Source: the human T2T-CHM13v2.0 reference genome, Homo sapiens. From it: a stretch of 64,000 bases of DNA. Location: the NCBI RefSeq assembly GCF_009914755.1, contig NC_060928.1. One strand, written 5' to 3'. A program made the position numbers and the translations under genes. Under the pieces are notes generated by a model. The model searched no databases and was not told the origin of the DNA. It saw only the letters and a list, made by a program, of their open reading frames with translations. Positions 61,217 through 64,000 of this stretch are shown piece after piece; the stretch's first letter is position 1; each line of letters opens with the position of its first letter.

Positions 61217-61227
61217 GATAGATCCTT

Positions 61228-61310
61228 GTGGGATGTCATTAAAATATCATGTAAAGTGCCCAGTACAGTCCTTACTGCATTTTAACTACTCAATAAATGG
61301 GGGTAACAAC
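61228..61310 (+). mobile_element. MIR 3' fragment
   Basis: catgtaaagtgcccagtacagt...actcaataaatg. Confidence 0.65.
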
Positions 61311-62921
61311 TGTCATGAAAGTACAGGGCAATCAGCTATTTGCTTCCCCCAGAATTCTGAGCGGCTTCAACTTCTTTCTGTAACAGTTGTGAATGCTCCT
61401 GCTCTTCAGTTTTCTCACATTTGTCATCACTGTGATTATTGTCACTGCTGCTGTCAATGTCGTCATCACTTTCCCCTCTTCAATTCTAGCCATTTTCTTC
61501 CATATCTCTTGGCTTCCACCTAAAAAGCTGATCTTTCTATACATCACCAATCAAATCAAAGCTCTCTTCTCCTTTGCTCTGGAGCTGACTGATGACAAAG
61601 TGCTATTTGTCTCACTCTTCCTGGCTGTATTTATCTAAGTTCCCAGATGTTTCTGATTCTTTCATCTTGCAAGTGTTCATTGTGCACATGCCTTTTCTGA
61701 CACCATCAGTACTTTTAGGATGACAAGATGACTACATCCTAGTCCGTCAAAAGCTTACATTCCCAAAGTAGCATTTTTACAGATGCACCACGCCATTCTC
61801 AAGCGTTTTAGACTATTAGAAATTAGATCATTGACCAGTAACTAGAGAAACCTTTCGTTGATATTTTAACTAAGCATTAAATTCCAATGTGCTTTTTTTG
61901 TCAAGTCCACAGGCTAGCGACTCAATTCCTTTTAGGCTTGTGATCACTTGAAAAGACTCTGAAGACACGTATTTCTCCCTATTATTGGCAGGTCAAATAT
62001 TAATACAGCTACTAGTTTCAGCTTATCCCTGTGTACCTCATTGCTAAGCAGACAACTTTTCAGCATTCTTTTGTGTGTTCTACGAAGCACCATGCAGATG
62101 ATTGCTCAGCCCGCTTGGTAGAAAAGGAGGTGATGTGATAAGGAATTTAGCTCACAGTTCCTCTTCCTAATTCCCAGGAAAGAAATATCCACTATTTGTT
62201 GCACTGAACAACTCTACCTCATACACAATTCTAGATAAATCTTCCATTTTTTTAAGGAAGAAAAATGGGAGTTGGGGGCAGATGTGCTGGTACATTTTCC
62301 AAAAATATCCATTTGTAGATTTAGCAGTTCAGTTCCTAACTAATACTTTGGGGAATCAAACAGAATGCTAAAAAAACTTGGTTAATAATTCAGATACCCA
62401 TAAATCTATTTATTCACCCACAAAGTTTCTAGACTCCTTACCATGTGTCATGAACTATTCTAGGCAAAACAAGCCCCAGCTCTAATGTACCTTATTATCT
62501 ATTATAGGGAAGTATAAAATAATCAAAACAGTAGGAAATGTAATGCAGGAGTGATAAAGAAAAGAAAATCCAGGTGGAAGAATTGAGAGGTATGTGGTCT
62601 GTGAGTATGTGCTGTACACAGACATTCTGTTTTGGATAGGGAAGTTATGAAAAGCCAATAACACTACTCGAGGAAAGTAAGCCACAGCATCTGTGTACAT
62701 TTCATAGACATGAAAACCAGGCATTGAGCTGTTGAAAGCTCTGTTCAGTGCCAGCAAGAAACTCAACAATTCTGAACTGTGGCTTAGGGAGAGCAGAACA
62801 TGCTTCAGTGCCCTGGAAGTTACTTTTATTGAATCTTTATCAATCTCCACTAATTATTGCATTCAACCAATTATGAACAAGTACCTAGAAAGTAATGACA
62901 TATTTATGTGTGTATGTGTGC

Positions 62922-62924
<3 letters not shown>

Positions 62925-62954
<30 letters not shown>
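62925..62954. repeat. (TG)15 microsatellite
   Basis: Directly visible, with a degenerate TG extension upstream. Confidence 0.97.
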
Positions 62955-62958
<4 letters not shown>

Positions 62959-62959
62959 G

Positions 62960-63152
62960 CTTTTATACATATTTTTTAGTCCCACAACAACCTATAGGAA
63001 AAGTAAGAGAGTTGTCATTAGTTCTATCATGCTGATGGAGTCACCAAGCCCAGGAGAAGTTAAATGAATTCACCAAATACATACAGTTAGAAAGTGGCGA
63101 AGCCCAGACTACATTATGGGCTATATGAGTTAAAAATCTGTTCTTTCCACTG
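62960..63152 (-). mobile_element. MIR
   Basis: cccacaacaacctatagg...agaagttaaatgaatt.accaaa..catacagttag.aagtggc. Confidence 0.75.
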
Positions 63153-63207
63153 TAGGAAACTTTACCCTGTTGAACAGGTTGTTTTCATAGAGCAAAAATA
63201 AATAAAT

Positions 63208-63208
<1 letters not shown>

Positions 63209-63240
<32 letters not shown>
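63209..63240. repeat. (CA)16 microsatellite
   Basis: Directly visible. Confidence 0.97.
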
Positions 63241-63243
<3 letters not shown>

Positions 63244-63784
63244 CACTTTGGGAAACTTAATTAACTTTCTTAGGTCTCAAGGGTATTTCTGAATGCTGAA
63301 AAGCCATAGTCCACTAAGTAATAAGTGACTAAGAAGAATTCTAGTTTCCTCCAAAGTGCTAACTATAACTTTGTGCATATAAATGCATTTAGTTGAAACT
63401 TAACATTCCAAAATTTAACATTTGACATTCTGTTGCCAGTTAAGGTCTTGTCAAGAAAACAGAAGAGTCACTCAATATATTCAAGGTGTTACAAGTTTTA
63501 ATATAGGGAACTAAGAGCTTACACAAAGCTTGGAAAATCTGGTGAGGAGAGGTCAGAGAAACCAGCCTTGGTAATTTCAGCCTGCAGCACCCAAGCAAGG
63601 AAGGTGTTGTAATACTCAAGGATCTCGGGGAAGCTCCTACCAACTATCTTAGTCTCTATAACAAGTTGGAGGTACTCAAATGCTCCCCAGTAAGTCTTTG
63701 TGAATCTCACATCAGCCCATTCATCTGGCAGCAGTTGCCTCCAAAATAATGGCCTTTCCTCCACCATGTTCCAAATCTGGTGCT

Positions 63785-64000
63785 GTCTTAGTCCATTTGC
63801 GCTGGTATAATATGATACCTTCGAGGGGGTAGGTTATACACAGCAGAAATTTATTTCTTACAGTTCTACAGTCCAAGATCAAAGCACCAGTAGATTCAGC
63901 TCCTGGTGAGGGCCCACTTCCTGCACAGACAGGCATCTTTTCACTGTACTCTCTCACATGGCAGAAGGGATTAGCTGGATCTCTGGGGTCTCTTCTATAG
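63785..64000 (-). mobile_element. MLT1A/MST-type LTR, cut by window end
   Basis: tgtcttagtccattt...cagaaatttatttcttacagttct...gtccaagatcaaagcacca...ctcacatggcagaaggg. Confidence 0.82.

Overview
AT-rich, CpG-poor primate DNA, most likely human. It is hominoid because of the L1PA3/PA4-type and AluY elements. The window is almost entirely intronic. The only host coding feature is one 83-bp + strand exon (43528-43610) encoding the Cys-loop of a GABA-A receptor beta subunit; its codon usage matches GABRB1 (probably exon 5). The rest is a layered record of transposable elements: a full-length but inactivated sense L1 (17501-23678), a complete THE1 LTR-int-LTR element with a perfect TSD, a twin-primed L1, about 15 Alu/FLAM copies, MaLR/MLT LTRs, hAT and Tigger DNA transposons, L2/MIR remnants and microsatellites. 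I see no evidence of a new gene system. The best leads are: (1) a candidate 6-nt neural-type microexon or recursive splice site at about 35.2 kb, plus other AG|GT sites; (2) an unrecognised 847-bp solo LTR; (3) templated-insertion and fold-back scars; (4) a sense THE1 whose 5' LTR has lost its polyA signal; (5) intronic dsRNA-forming pairs. Repeat subfamily names come from remembered consensus sequences, not from an alignment, and boundaries of old elements are approximate.
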